64,000 nt of DNA, taken from an uncultured Ignavibacteria bacterium. GTDB taxonomy: Bacteria > Zixibacteria > MSB-5A5 > RBG-16-43-9. The notes below the pieces were generated by a model that was not told the origin of the DNA, did no database searches, and worked only from the letters and a program-made list of their open reading frames with translations. Both the position numbers and the translations under genes were made by a program. Within the stretch, counting starts at the first letter, position 1; each line of letters starts with the position of its first letter. Below are positions 29,822 through 38,748 of the stretch, in pieces. The DNA is taken from the NCBI GenBank assembly GCA_964511075.1, contig CAZEDM010000010.1, positions 25,507 through 89,506 of the forward strand, read 5' to 3'.

Positions 29822-30613
29822 TTATTCTTTAAAAACCCAGGTCCCTTCGGCTCTGATTCTCTCATCCTCAATCTGTTGAAAAATCAATTTCAAAGATTTC
29901 ACCCTTTTAGACAGGACAGGATTATTTAAGAAATCTCGCTTGGGAAAACAGAGCATCAGGTTCTTCTGATGGGTTTCCCACTCTGGTTTTCTATCCTCAG
30001 AGTGTAATTGCGGGAATCTTTCCCCTGCCTTTCGAGAAAGGGCTGGAGTTTCGTTTTCTTCCTCCAGAATTTGCAGTGGTTCATACTGATTCCCAGCATC
30101 GTCTTCGATAAAGATGATCCAACGGCTGGGGTCCAGATAGAGTTCTGACCAGGAAGTCTGTAATTTGCACCAGATAAGGAGATGGCTTTCAACCTCGTAA
30201 CGCTGAAAATAGGAGGTACGAAACCTTCTTTCCTCCTCAGGGGTCATATTAATCAAGACAGCGTAGTATTCTAACCCAGCTTCAATAAGCAGGGTATCCA
30301 TCAAAGTAGCATTAATCAGAATAGGGAATTGATTTTCTCCACCATCTCGATCCGTACCCTCAAACATATTGAGAGGGTTGAGTAATTGCAGAGGCGCTCC
30401 ACTCCTTGCAACCGCTCCGAACTGCACTGTCCATTTCTCCCACAATTTGGGGAAAAATTCCTCTGTCCGGACAGAGCTTTTTGAATCTAAAGAAGTGTCC
30501 ACATATTTTTTGGAAGAAGGCACGGCAGCACAGGAACTCAATACAGAGAAGGAAAAAACGATATCACAAAGAAACAATATGTACCACCGTGCCTTAAGCT
30601 TACAGGACTCCAT
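29822..30613 (-). CDS. lipoprotein, hypothetical
   Basis: Signal plus lipobox-like VLSSC in a 263-aa ORF. It is the last gene of the long minus-strand block. Confidence 0.5.
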   Translation of the reverse strand: MESCKLKARWYILFLCDIVFSFSVLSSCAAVPSSKKYVDTSLDSKSSVRTEEFFPKLWEKWTVQFGAVARSGAPLQLLNPLNMFEGTDRDGGENQFPILINATLMDTLLIEAGLEYYAVLINMTPEEERRFRTSYFQRYEVESHLLIWCKLQTSWSELYLDPSRWIIFIEDDAGNQYEPLQILEEENETPALSRKAGERFPQLHSEDRKPEWETHQKNLMLCFPKRDFLNNPVLSKRVKSLKLIFQQIEDERIRAEGTWVFKE

Positions 30614-30625
30614 GCGTAATTTCTC

Positions 30626-31498
30626 CTATTCGGCTGGAGGAGAAGCCAGTTGAGTTTCTATCCAAAGCTCCTGCTTTTCAGGTTTTTTCATAACAGGACC
30701 ACCCTTACCACCACCAGGAGGACCCCCACCCATGCCACCTCCAGCGGGACCACCGCCCATACCACCACCAGGAGGCATCATCCCTCCACCACCCATCTGT
30801 TTTTTCATATTCCCTCGATCGCCCAGATTAAGTTCTCCCCACTCCAATCCAAGACAGATCTTCTGTCCTGGCTGGGCATTGATGGCATAATCGAAGGTCT
30901 CACTTCTCTGTAATGGAATCTTGAATTCATAGGTATAAACACCCTGAAGAGAGTCAAAGCTGACTGCCGGGCCTGAAGAACCACCGGTGGGAATGGGTAT
31001 CTCCTGATTGCTTTTCTTGTAGATAACCATGAGTTGCTCAGCCATCGACTCCTGTTTCAGCCTGAGGCGCTCCTTCTGTTCCGGTGTGAGGTTATCCAGA
31101 AATCCACCTTGGCCTTCCATCCCGGATTTTTGCATATCGAAAGGAGGGGGCCCTCCCTTATAGCGGATTCCGAAATCTTTTTTCTCTTTCCCTGAGTTAT
31201 CCAGCCATAAGGTCACACCACCCATACTAATAAGACGTGCCCATTCCTGATTACTGAAACGGAAAAGAACATAAAGGTTTTCGCTGTTGTTACGCAGACC
31301 CAGCTGCACGCCACTTTTCTCCAGATAGTTGGTGGGTTTGCCGATCCATTCCGTCATCTGGCCATCTATTTGCACCGGCTCGTCTGACCAGTAGGTCTGG
31401 ACTTTCTCTTTCCCGCAGCCGGCTAAAAAGACTATACAGAAGAGTGTTGATAGCAGCAGTGTTTTTCCATTCGCCAGCTTAAAACTATGTTTGACCAT
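30626..31498 (-). CDS. lipoprotein with Met/Gly/Pro-rich C-terminal low-complexity tail
   Basis: Lipobox LAGCGKE. The tail reads MGGGGMMPPGGGMGGGPAGGGMGGGPPGGGKGGPVM, encoded at about 30682-30802. Confidence 0.55.
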   Translation of the reverse strand: MVKHSFKLANGKTLLLSTLFCIVFLAGCGKEKVQTYWSDEPVQIDGQMTEWIGKPTNYLEKSGVQLGLRNNSENLYVLFRFSNQEWARLISMGGVTLWLDNSGKEKKDFGIRYKGGPPPFDMQKSGMEGQGGFLDNLTPEQKERLRLKQESMAEQLMVIYKKSNQEIPIPTGGSSGPAVSFDSLQGVYTYEFKIPLQRSETFDYAINAQPGQKICLGLEWGELNLGDRGNMKKQMGGGGMMPPGGGMGGGPAGGGMGGGPPGGGKGGPVMKKPEKQELWIETQLASPPAE

Positions 31499-31590
31499 TT
31501 TTACCTCATGTATAATTGGTTAGAGAGCTGAGGTTAAGAAGTATTTCCTAACCTCAGCCTGATGAGAGATACAAAGGGAGAGGGCCTCGC

Positions 31591-32526
31591 TCATTTGAGA
31601 AAAACCATGCGGTTGGTTACAGAATAAGCTCCTGCTTCAATGCGATAAAAATAGATTCCGCTGGCTACCTTTACTCCGGTTTTATCTCTACCATCCCAGA
31701 TTACCCCTCTGCTGCCTGCGTTCTGGTACTCGTCCACTAACTGCTTTACTTTTTGACCCTGGATATTATAGATGGTGAGCTTGACCCGGGAATCCTCAGG
31801 CAGGTTGTAGGCGATCTCGGTCTCAGGATTAAAGGGATTAGGATAGTTCCATGCTTCGATAGTCTCGGCAGCAGACGTTTTTTTGGATCCAGCATTTTCG
31901 GTGTTCTCAGTTGATAGAACACCATATCCTTCCACTATCCCATCGACTACAACTTTTATCTCCTGGCGGGAAGCACCTTGGTCCCTCATTTTCTTGATCT
32001 TCTCCATGACAGCTTCCCTTTGCTCATCAGTCAGCTTGGATAGGAAGGGTGGTCCGAAACCACCTGGACCACCAGGGCCCGGGTGTTCAGGCGGTTCGAT
32101 CCCAAATCCTTCAAGCATTTTATCCACTTCAGCTTTAATTTCCTTTGGGGAGGCATTCTGGCTTTGCAGCTCCTTCATTTTCTCCTGAATAGCTTCTCTC
32201 TGCTCATCTGTCAATTTGCCCAACAAGTCACTCGGAAGCCCAAAGCCCCTATGTCTATTCGCTCCTTCTGGTTTTTCCGGCACTTCGACTCCATACCCTT
32301 CAAGCATTTTATCCACTTCAGCTTTAATTTCCTTTGGGGAGGCATTCTGGCTTTGCAGCTCCTTTACCTCCTCCTGAATAGCTTCTCTCTGCTCATCTGT
32401 CAGGCCGGATAAGAAGCCTTTTCCATCAGGGGCCTGAGGAAACTGGGCAGAAATTGCCTCCCAGGGATGCATAATTATAAGGGCTAAAAGGACCAGAATC
32501 CCGATGGATATTTTATGCGCTTTCAT
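31591..32526 (-). CDS. secreted protein with three LTXXQ (Spy/CpxP-like) repeats and a T9SS C-terminal sorting domain
   Basis: Signal peptide, then three roughly 57-aa repeats (LTDEQREAIQE.[MV]KELQSQNASPKEIKAEVDKMLEG). The C-terminus (...KLTIYNIQGQKV.QLVD...SGIYFYRIEAGAYSVTNRMVFLK) matches the Por/T9SS CTD. Confidence 0.7.
   Translation of the reverse strand: MKAHKISIGILVLLALIIMHPWEAISAQFPQAPDGKGFLSGLTDEQREAIQEEVKELQSQNASPKEIKAEVDKMLEGYGVEVPEKPEGANRHRGFGLPSDLLGKLTDEQREAIQEKMKELQSQNASPKEIKAEVDKMLEGFGIEPPEHPGPGGPGGFGPPFLSKLTDEQREAVMEKIKKMRDQGASRQEIKVVVDGIVEGYGVLSTENTENAGSKKTSAAETIEAWNYPNPFNPETEIAYNLPEDSRVKLTIYNIQGQKVKQLVDEYQNAGSRGVIWDGRDKTGVKVASGIYFYRIEAGAYSVTNRMVFLK
32085..32400. repeat. near-identical ~125-nt direct repeat (period ~177 nt) inside the LTXXQ/T9SS gene
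   Basis: Sequence at 32100-32225 is nearly identical to 32275-32400 (ttcaagcattttatccacttcagctttaatttcctttggggaggcattctggctttgcagctcc...). Confidence 0.8.
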
Positions 32527-32771
32527 TGCGAGCTCCTCTCTGTTGAAATCATCTTCTTCAGATTTCTCAGCTCATTATAGAACTGAACGAACTGGCTGTT
32601 GATGAATTCCACCTTCAGCTGATCGATATCCCCCTCCACCTCAAAGGTGAAAATACTCTTTGATTTTTTTTGATCTGATCTGATGAGAGGATAGCCCTTT
32701 ATTTTCAGATAGGCTGAAAATGCCAGGTCATCCGTGGTGATGTGATTATTCCTGATCTTATCCGATTTCAT
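32523..32771 (-). CDS. small hypothetical protein (82 aa)
   Basis: ORF in operon context. It overlaps the downstream gene by 4 nt and starts 3 nt after the upstream stop. Confidence 0.4.
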   Translation of the reverse strand: MKSDKIRNNHITTDDLAFSAYLKIKGYPLIRSDQKKSKSIFTFEVEGDIDQLKVEFINSQFVQFYNELRNLKKMISTERSSQ

Positions 32772-32773
32772 GA

Positions 32774-33295
32774 TTATTTTCTGTCCTCCAGTCTTTTTTT
32801 AAACGGTTTCTCCCTTGCTCCCTTTCCAGGCATGCCCTCCATTCTCATGGGGTTAGCTCTTTCCTTGAAAAAGGTGAAGAATTTCTTCTGCTGCTCCGGG
32901 GTCAAGAATGACTTTTCCTCTAACATATGCATAATTGCCTTTTTCTGCAGCTCAGTCTGAAGGCTGCCAATCTCCTCGGAAAGCGTATTAACTTTATCCA
33001 TATTCGGTTGCTCAACTGAAAGTTCGTTCATAAGCTTGGTTCTCTTAGCTCTGAGGGAATCAAAAATCGGCTCCATTTCCCCTCTGATCTTCCTGAAGTG
33101 GGCTTCAAATTTTTTCACCTGCTCCTCATTTAAATCCAGCTCCTGCTTGATAAAACCCACCGGCGTATCAGCTCGCACCGGGGGTGGGGGGAAGGGTTTT
33201 CTGGGATAAAATCGGTGATAGGCGATGGTTACCAGTGCGGTAACATTGATAAGGGTTAAGACTATTAGAAACAGAATAAGTAAATTCTTCTTCAT
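32774..33295 (-). CDS. periplasmic LTXXQ-motif protein (Spy/CpxP/ZraP-like 'heavy-metal sensor' family)
   Basis: TM/signal followed by LNEEQVKKF, LSVEQ and LTPEQQKKF motifs, in a 173-aa ORF. It lies immediately downstream of the anti-sigma gene. Confidence 0.6.
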   Translation of the reverse strand: MKKNLLILFLIVLTLINVTALVTIAYHRFYPRKPFPPPPVRADTPVGFIKQELDLNEEQVKKFEAHFRKIRGEMEPIFDSLRAKRTKLMNELSVEQPNMDKVNTLSEEIGSLQTELQKKAIMHMLEEKSFLTPEQQKKFFTFFKERANPMRMEGMPGKGAREKPFKKRLEDRK

Positions 33296-33304
33296 CCTTA
33301 CCTC

Positions 33305-33799
33305 CTATTCTCCCGAGATCATATTCAAATAGGTGGCTTCAATGGAACCGCTGGGTAAATCGGAGAGGGGGTTGACATAGTGAGAATCGACAAACTGTTT
33401 TAAAGCTGTGGTGCGGTTATTTAGCTGGGATACTGCCTGCCCATTTATCGAAGGTAGATTCCCCAGGGAATAGCCCAGCAGAATACAAACCCCTAAAACT
33501 GCAACTGCAAGTACGGGACGAGCCCAGCCTGAGACCCTCCCTATACCACCTACCACGGGATTTTTCCCTTCTTCATAATCGATGATCCTCTGGTTAAGTC
33601 TTGTCCAGAAATAAGGAGGGGGCTGAATTCTCTCTTTGTCTTTAAGGATATTCCACAGGAGGAAAAATTCCTTTAGCAGACGGGAGCATTCATGACAGAT
33701 CTTAAGGTGTTTTTCCATTTGCACCAGCTGATCTTCTGGCAGTTTCTTCTCCAAAAAGAAAAGAAAATTGGCTCTGACATTTTTACAGTTCATTTTCAC
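33305..33799 (-). CDS. zinc-binding (ZAS-type) anti-sigma factor
   Basis: The N-terminus has C5-x25-H31-x3-C-x2-C (HLKICHEC), matching the ZAS C/H-x23-26-H-x3-C-x2-C motif. A single TM (VLAVAVLGVCILLGY) and a short periplasmic tail follow. Confidence 0.6.
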   Translation of the reverse strand: MKMNCKNVRANFLFFLEKKLPEDQLVQMEKHLKICHECSRLLKEFFLLWNILKDKERIQPPPYFWTRLNQRIIDYEEGKNPVVGGIGRVSGWARPVLAVAVLGVCILLGYSLGNLPSINGQAVSQLNNRTTALKQFVDSHYVNPLSDLPSGSIEATYLNMISGE

Positions 33800-33865
33800 T
33801 GATCTCCGCTTCAGTATTAAGACACAGATTCTGACAAAAACTTGCGATTTTTTCTCATATTCTTT

Positions 33866-35821
33866 TTACTCATACCTCAGGGCATCAATAGGGTTCAAAA
33901 GTGAGGCCTTGCGTGCCGGGTAGAATCCAAAGAAAAGTCCCACCGCCAGGGCAAAAGAGAAAGACAGAGCCACGGAAACAGGAGTGATCACCGTCTCCCA
34001 TCCGCCGAATTTGCTCATGAGGTTGCTGACCGATATCCCTAAGAAGATGCCGATTATCCCGCCGCTCAGCGATACGATGATAGCCTCGATAAGAAACTGG
34101 CTCAGGATATCGCGTCTCTGTGCACCAATGGCCTTGCGGATACCTATTTCCCTGGTCCTCTCAGTAACGGATACGAACATTATGTTCATAATGCCGATTC
34201 CTCCCACGATAAGGCTTACCGCTGCTATACCGGCAAGTAGCATAGTAAAAGTATTACTGGTTTCCTGCACGGTAGTGAGAATATCGGCCTGGGACATAAT
34301 ATTGAAGTCATCTTCATCGCCTGATTTGAGCCTGTGCCTTTCACGCAAGATGGAGGTGATTTCAGCTTCGGCTTTGTCCATAACCTTTTCAGACTTTGCC
34401 TTCACATTGATAATCGAAACATAATCCACCCCAAATAACCGTTTCTGCGCAGTTTTCAGAGGAATAAAGATGACATCATCTTCATCCCTGAATCCGCTGC
34501 CTCCTTTTTCGCTCATTACGCCGATAACCTGAAAACTGCTGCGCTTTATCTTTATATACTCTCCGATGGGGTCTTTTTCTCCGAAGAGCTCTTCAACTAC
34601 TGTTTTCCCCAGGACGGCTACCCGCCGCATCAGGCGATTATCCTCCTCAGTCAAAAAAGTTCCCTGTTCCACTGGAAAATTTCTCACATCTGGATAGTTT
34701 GGTGTCACTCCATTTATCCCGGTATTGGTGTTTTCATTTCCGTAAACTGCCTGAGCATTTCTGGAAAAATTTGCATCAGTTTTCTCCACGGAAGGGCATT
34801 CCTCAGCTATAGCCTGAGCATCTTCATATACCAAAGAGGTAACGCTTCCGCTGGCTGAACGGGTAGGTCCTCTTTGAAATGCACCAGAACGCACCATCAG
34901 AAGATTTGCTCCCAGCTGACTGATACGCTTAGTAATCTGAGCCCCGGCCCCTTGGCCTATGGCTATCATCGCAATTACTGCTCCAACTCCCACGATGATT
35001 CCCAGCATGGTCAAAAAACTGCGAAGTTTATTGGAGAAGATGGAAGATATGGCCATGGTTAAGCTTTCTATTATTTCAGCCAGAGAGAACCGTCTCTTTT
35101 TCTTCTGACTTCCTGCGGACATATAAGTCAGGCTAACCTCTTTCACATCTGTTGTCCTCTGGTCTTCCACGATCTGGCCATCTTTTAAGCGAATGATCCT
35201 TTGAGCATGGGAGGCTACCGAGTCGTCGTGCGTTATCAGGACTATGGTAATGCCCTTATTATGCAGTTCTTTAAGGATGGACATTATCTCCTGGCCGGAT
35301 CTGGAATCGAGATTACCCGTGGGCTCATCAGCCAGGATTATGGAAGGCTGGTTCACCAGAGCACGGGCTATGGCAACTCTCTGCTGTTGACCTCCGGATA
35401 ATTCTCTGGGGCGGTGATGAGCCCTGTCCTCAAGATTCACCGAGCGCAGGGCGTTAAGCGCCATCTCTTTTCGTTTCCTATGGTCACCCGCATATATGAG
35501 AGGAAGCTCCACATTGGACAGAGCGGTCAAACGAGGAAGAAGATTGAAAGTCTGAAAAACAAAGCCTATATTCTCATTTCTTATATAGGCAAGCCGGGAT
35601 TCGGAGAACTTGCTTACATTTATGCCATCAAATAGGAATTCACCATCGGTGGGAATATCCAGACAGCCCAGGATATTCAGGAGAGTGGACTTGCCCGATC
35701 CCGAAGGTCCCATTATAGCGATAAACTCGCCATCCTCTATTTTCAGGCTTATGTCCTTCAAAGCCGGGACCTCCACAGTCCCCATCTGGTAGATTTTGCT
35801 TATATTTTTTAACTCTATCAT
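33866..35821 (-). CDS. macB: MacB-type fused ABC transporter ATP-binding/permease protein
   Basis: An N-terminal ATPase domain ([34 protein letters not shown]) is fused to a periplasmic domain and an FtsX TM bundle. 651 aa. Confidence 0.9.
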   Translation of the reverse strand: MIELKNISKIYQMGTVEVPALKDISLKIEDGEFIAIMGPSGSGKSTLLNILGCLDIPTDGEFLFDGINVSKFSESRLAYIRNENIGFVFQTFNLLPRLTALSNVELPLIYAGDHRKRKEMALNALRSVNLEDRAHHRPRELSGGQQQRVAIARALVNQPSIILADEPTGNLDSRSGQEIMSILKELHNKGITIVLITHDDSVASHAQRIIRLKDGQIVEDQRTTDVKEVSLTYMSAGSQKKKRRFSLAEIIESLTMAISSIFSNKLRSFLTMLGIIVGVGAVIAMIAIGQGAGAQITKRISQLGANLLMVRSGAFQRGPTRSASGSVTSLVYEDAQAIAEECPSVEKTDANFSRNAQAVYGNENTNTGINGVTPNYPDVRNFPVEQGTFLTEEDNRLMRRVAVLGKTVVEELFGEKDPIGEYIKIKRSSFQVIGVMSEKGGSGFRDEDDVIFIPLKTAQKRLFGVDYVSIINVKAKSEKVMDKAEAEITSILRERHRLKSGDEDDFNIMSQADILTTVQETSNTFTMLLAGIAAVSLIVGGIGIMNIMFVSVTERTREIGIRKAIGAQRRDILSQFLIEAIIVSLSGGIIGIFLGISVSNLMSKFGGWETVITPVSVALSFSFALAVGLFFGFYPARKASLLNPIDALRYE

Positions 35822-36813
35822 CTCGGTCCCCTCATCATACCCGGCATTGATGGCCTGAAGTTATCTTTCTTCTTCTGGGTATTTTCCGTACTGCCTGTTA
35901 CTATTATGTTGTCACCTTCCTTCAGACCTTCGATCACCTCAATTAACTTTCCATCCGTGATACCGGTTTTGATCTTTCTGGGTATGGGCCTGTCCGTTAA
36001 TAACATAACCAAACTCATATCATCTACTTCCTTTACTGCATTTTTAGGTATCACCAGCACACTATCTTTCTTTGCTGTTATAAATTCCACGTTGGCTGTC
36101 ATTCCAGAGGCCCAATAGCGTGGAACTTTCTGGGGTTCCACCATCACCTCGTATTCCACCACATCCGAAACCAGATCGCCCTCGCGTGAGATCTTGGTGA
36201 CCTTTCCATTCAATTCTTCATCCGGAAAGGCATCCAGCGTAATCCTGGTCTTTTGTCCCAATTGGATCTTGCCTATATCTGCCTCATCCACTTCCACGGT
36301 TGCCACAAGCCTGTCTGCAATTACGAAGAGAACGCTGGCAGTGGAGACATTCTGTCCCGGCTCACAGGAGCGATCTATTACCTCCCCGGATATCGAATTG
36401 GTGAGAGGCACCGACTTGTAGGCTTTATCTGCGATCTCATAAGCCATCTCCGCCTCTTTTATAGTCTCAGAATCATTTTGCCTTTGCGCAGATTCCAGAC
36501 CCGAGCGCGCCGCATCCAGGAGTGAAATCCTATCCTCGCTTGAGATCCAGGCAAGGATATCCCCTTTCTTGACTTTGTCTCCCTCATCCACCAGAACTTT
36601 GTCTATCCTTCCGCTGACAGACGGGCTTACCTCGACCCTGGTGTAGGGCTCGATGGTGCCGGTGGAAAGAACTTTAATCTCTATGTTGCCTCTTTCTACC
36701 CTGGTTGTCTGATAAGTAGGCTGAGTTGAATTTTTGTCATTCCTTTTTTTAAAATAAAACAGTCCAGCCAGAACGATGATTATAAATATGATTCCTATTA
36801 TTAACTTTTTCAT
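35818..36813 (-). CDS. macA: efflux periplasmic adaptor subunit (MacA-like)
   Basis: TM anchor plus lipoyl hairpin. It overlaps macB by 4 nt. Confidence 0.8.
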   Translation of the reverse strand: MKKLIIGIIFIIIVLAGLFYFKKRNDKNSTQPTYQTTRVERGNIEIKVLSTGTIEPYTRVEVSPSVSGRIDKVLVDEGDKVKKGDILAWISSEDRISLLDAARSGLESAQRQNDSETIKEAEMAYEIADKAYKSVPLTNSISGEVIDRSCEPGQNVSTASVLFVIADRLVATVEVDEADIGKIQLGQKTRITLDAFPDEELNGKVTKISREGDLVSDVVEYEVMVEPQKVPRYWASGMTANVEFITAKKDSVLVIPKNAVKEVDDMSLVMLLTDRPIPRKIKTGITDGKLIEVIEGLKEGDNIIVTGSTENTQKKKDNFRPSMPGMMRGPR

Positions 36814-38072
36814 TAGCTCCTCCTTCCCCAGACGTTTTCTAATCTGGCGATAGCTACCCGCAGATTATATAAGGCATTGACCTGTTTATTCTCTGCGCTG
36901 GTAAGATCGCTTTCTTTCTGTTGCAGGAAAAAATAAGATGTCAGCCCTTGCTCGTACTGAAGCTTGGTCAGCTGGTACATCTCACGGGAAGCCTGCAAAG
37001 TTTTACTATTTACCTCGATTATTTTCTCTGCAAGTTCCCAGTTTGAATAAGCCTGCTCAATCTCCTCCTCTATTTGCTGCTCCAGCTCAACAATTTTCGC
37101 ATCCTGTTCTGTAAGTGAGAGAGTGGCCTCTTTGACCTTTGCTTTTCTGGAGAAACCATCAAAGAGAGGTAAGGATAAGCTTAATCCCGCACTCCACCCT
37201 CCTCCTTCCAGGTTTAGTAAGTCGCTACCCTGCCATCCATAGGAGGAGGATAATGAGACAGATGGATAATAGTCGCTTTTAGCCTGGGTAACCTGTAATT
37301 TCAACACTTCCTTGTTAATCCTTTGGTAGCGTATATCCGACCTTTCGGTTTTCGCCTGTTCAATTATACTATTAAGAGAGGGAAAACTTATGCTTTCGTC
37401 TGCATAGCTTATGGATAATTCTGCCCTTCTGGGTCTGCCCAGAAGCAGATTAAGCTCTATCTTAGCCAAGGTCAATTCATCTTCTGCCTGCTTCTTGTCA
37501 TATTCTGCCTGGGATAGACTAGCCTCGGATTCCTTTACCGCGGGAGAGCTTTCTCTGCCTGCATCGTATTTCAATTTGATAAACACAAGGTCTTCCTTTC
37601 GTCTTTTCAGGACGTCCTCAGCCAGTGCAATCTGTTCCTGCTTCAATAGGATTTTAAAAAAAGCCTCCTTTACCGAGAGGATCAGGTCCTCCTCCCCTTG
37701 ATGATAATTCTCCTCAGCTATCTCAACTTTAGCTTTAGCAATCTTTATACCTGCGCGAATACTTCCTCCTTGGTAAAAGGGATAGGAAAGCCCTAGGCTG
37801 GCTGAATAGCTGTTTGTTCTTTCCCCGGATGAACCTTCGTTATTCCGGTATGAACTGGAAAGATTCAGGCTGGGATAATAGGAAGAATAAGCGGAAGTCA
37901 CACCCACCTGGGATTTTTCAATTGCAGTTTTTAGCTGAACCAGTTTAGGGTTATTCTCTTTTGCCAGGTAGATGCATTCCTGGAGGGTTAAAGGCTGCTG
38001 GGCAAAAGAACTGGTATTTAGAACCGACAAAAAGAAGATAAATAGAAAGTGGCGATGGAATTTAACAGTCAT
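36813..38072 (-). CDS. TolC-family outer membrane protein
   Basis: Signal peptide and duplicated TolC repeats. Its stop overlaps the macA start. Confidence 0.8.
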   Translation of the reverse strand: MTVKFHRHFLFIFFLSVLNTSSFAQQPLTLQECIYLAKENNPKLVQLKTAIEKSQVGVTSAYSSYYPSLNLSSSYRNNEGSSGERTNSYSASLGLSYPFYQGGSIRAGIKIAKAKVEIAEENYHQGEEDLILSVKEAFFKILLKQEQIALAEDVLKRRKEDLVFIKLKYDAGRESSPAVKESEASLSQAEYDKKQAEDELTLAKIELNLLLGRPRRAELSISYADESISFPSLNSIIEQAKTERSDIRYQRINKEVLKLQVTQAKSDYYPSVSLSSSYGWQGSDLLNLEGGGWSAGLSLSLPLFDGFSRKAKVKEATLSLTEQDAKIVELEQQIEEEIEQAYSNWELAEKIIEVNSKTLQASREMYQLTKLQYEQGLTSYFFLQQKESDLTSAENKQVNALYNLRVAIARLENVWGRRS

Positions 38073-38172
38073 CTTGTCTCCTTATTTTTTTCAGATTATT
38101 TAGAATTCACTTCCTAAAACTCCTTTCTTCAAGCATATGACACATGCTTTTTATCAAACTTGCGGCTCGAGC

Positions 38173-38748
38173 TCATTTTTCTTTCAGGAGATGAATCAAA
38201 TTTTTCTGCAGGTTTGTTTTTGCACGGTGGATAAGGGATTCGATGGAAGAAAGGGATTTATGTAGAACTTTGGCGATTTCCTGGTAAGACAGCCCTTCGT
38301 ACTGGTGAAGGACGAAGGCTGCTTTTTGCTTTGCAGGCAGGGAATCGATCGCTTCCCGTATGAGTATATCCTGTTCCTTTCTTTCCAGCGCCTTATCCGG
38401 CCGCTCCGAGTCTGAAGTCTGTAGCCCGGTAACCTGTTGACGCTCTCCCTCCAATAAAGAGCTCAGACTCTTAAGCCAGGAGGGCCTCTTTTTGTCGCGG
38501 ATGAAGTTCAGAGAACGATTTACCGCAATACGGTAAAGCCAGGTGGAGACTTTAGCTTCACCCCGGAAATTTTCAGCAGCTTTATATACCTGAAAAAATA
38601 CCTCCTGAGATACATCCTCAGCATCCTGTTTATTGCCAATCAGGTTGTAGCAGGTGTTAAGGACCAGCACCTGATATTTCTCAACCAGTGCTCTGAAGGC
38701 ACCATGGTCTTTTGCTGAGATCCTCCGTATTAGTTCGGCATCATTCAT
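38173..38748 (-). CDS. ECF-type RNA polymerase sigma-70 family factor
   Basis: Region 2 (VSQEVFFQVYKAAENFRGEAKVSTWLYRIAVNRSLNFIR) and region 4 (LSYQEIAKVLHKSLSSIESLIHRAKTNL). Confidence 0.85.
   Translation of the reverse strand: MNDAELIRRISAKDHGAFRALVEKYQVLVLNTCYNLIGNKQDAEDVSQEVFFQVYKAAENFRGEAKVSTWLYRIAVNRSLNFIRDKKRPSWLKSLSSLLEGERQQVTGLQTSDSERPDKALERKEQDILIREAIDSLPAKQKAAFVLHQYEGLSYQEIAKVLHKSLSSIESLIHRAKTNLQKNLIHLLKEK

Noticed and set aside
38073-38172. Hairpin aagcat-atgacac-atgctt between the sigma gene and TolC as a terminator or attenuator
   Set aside because: There is no U-tract on the minus strand. It could equally be part of an ECF-dependent promoter region, and the evidence is insufficient to call either.
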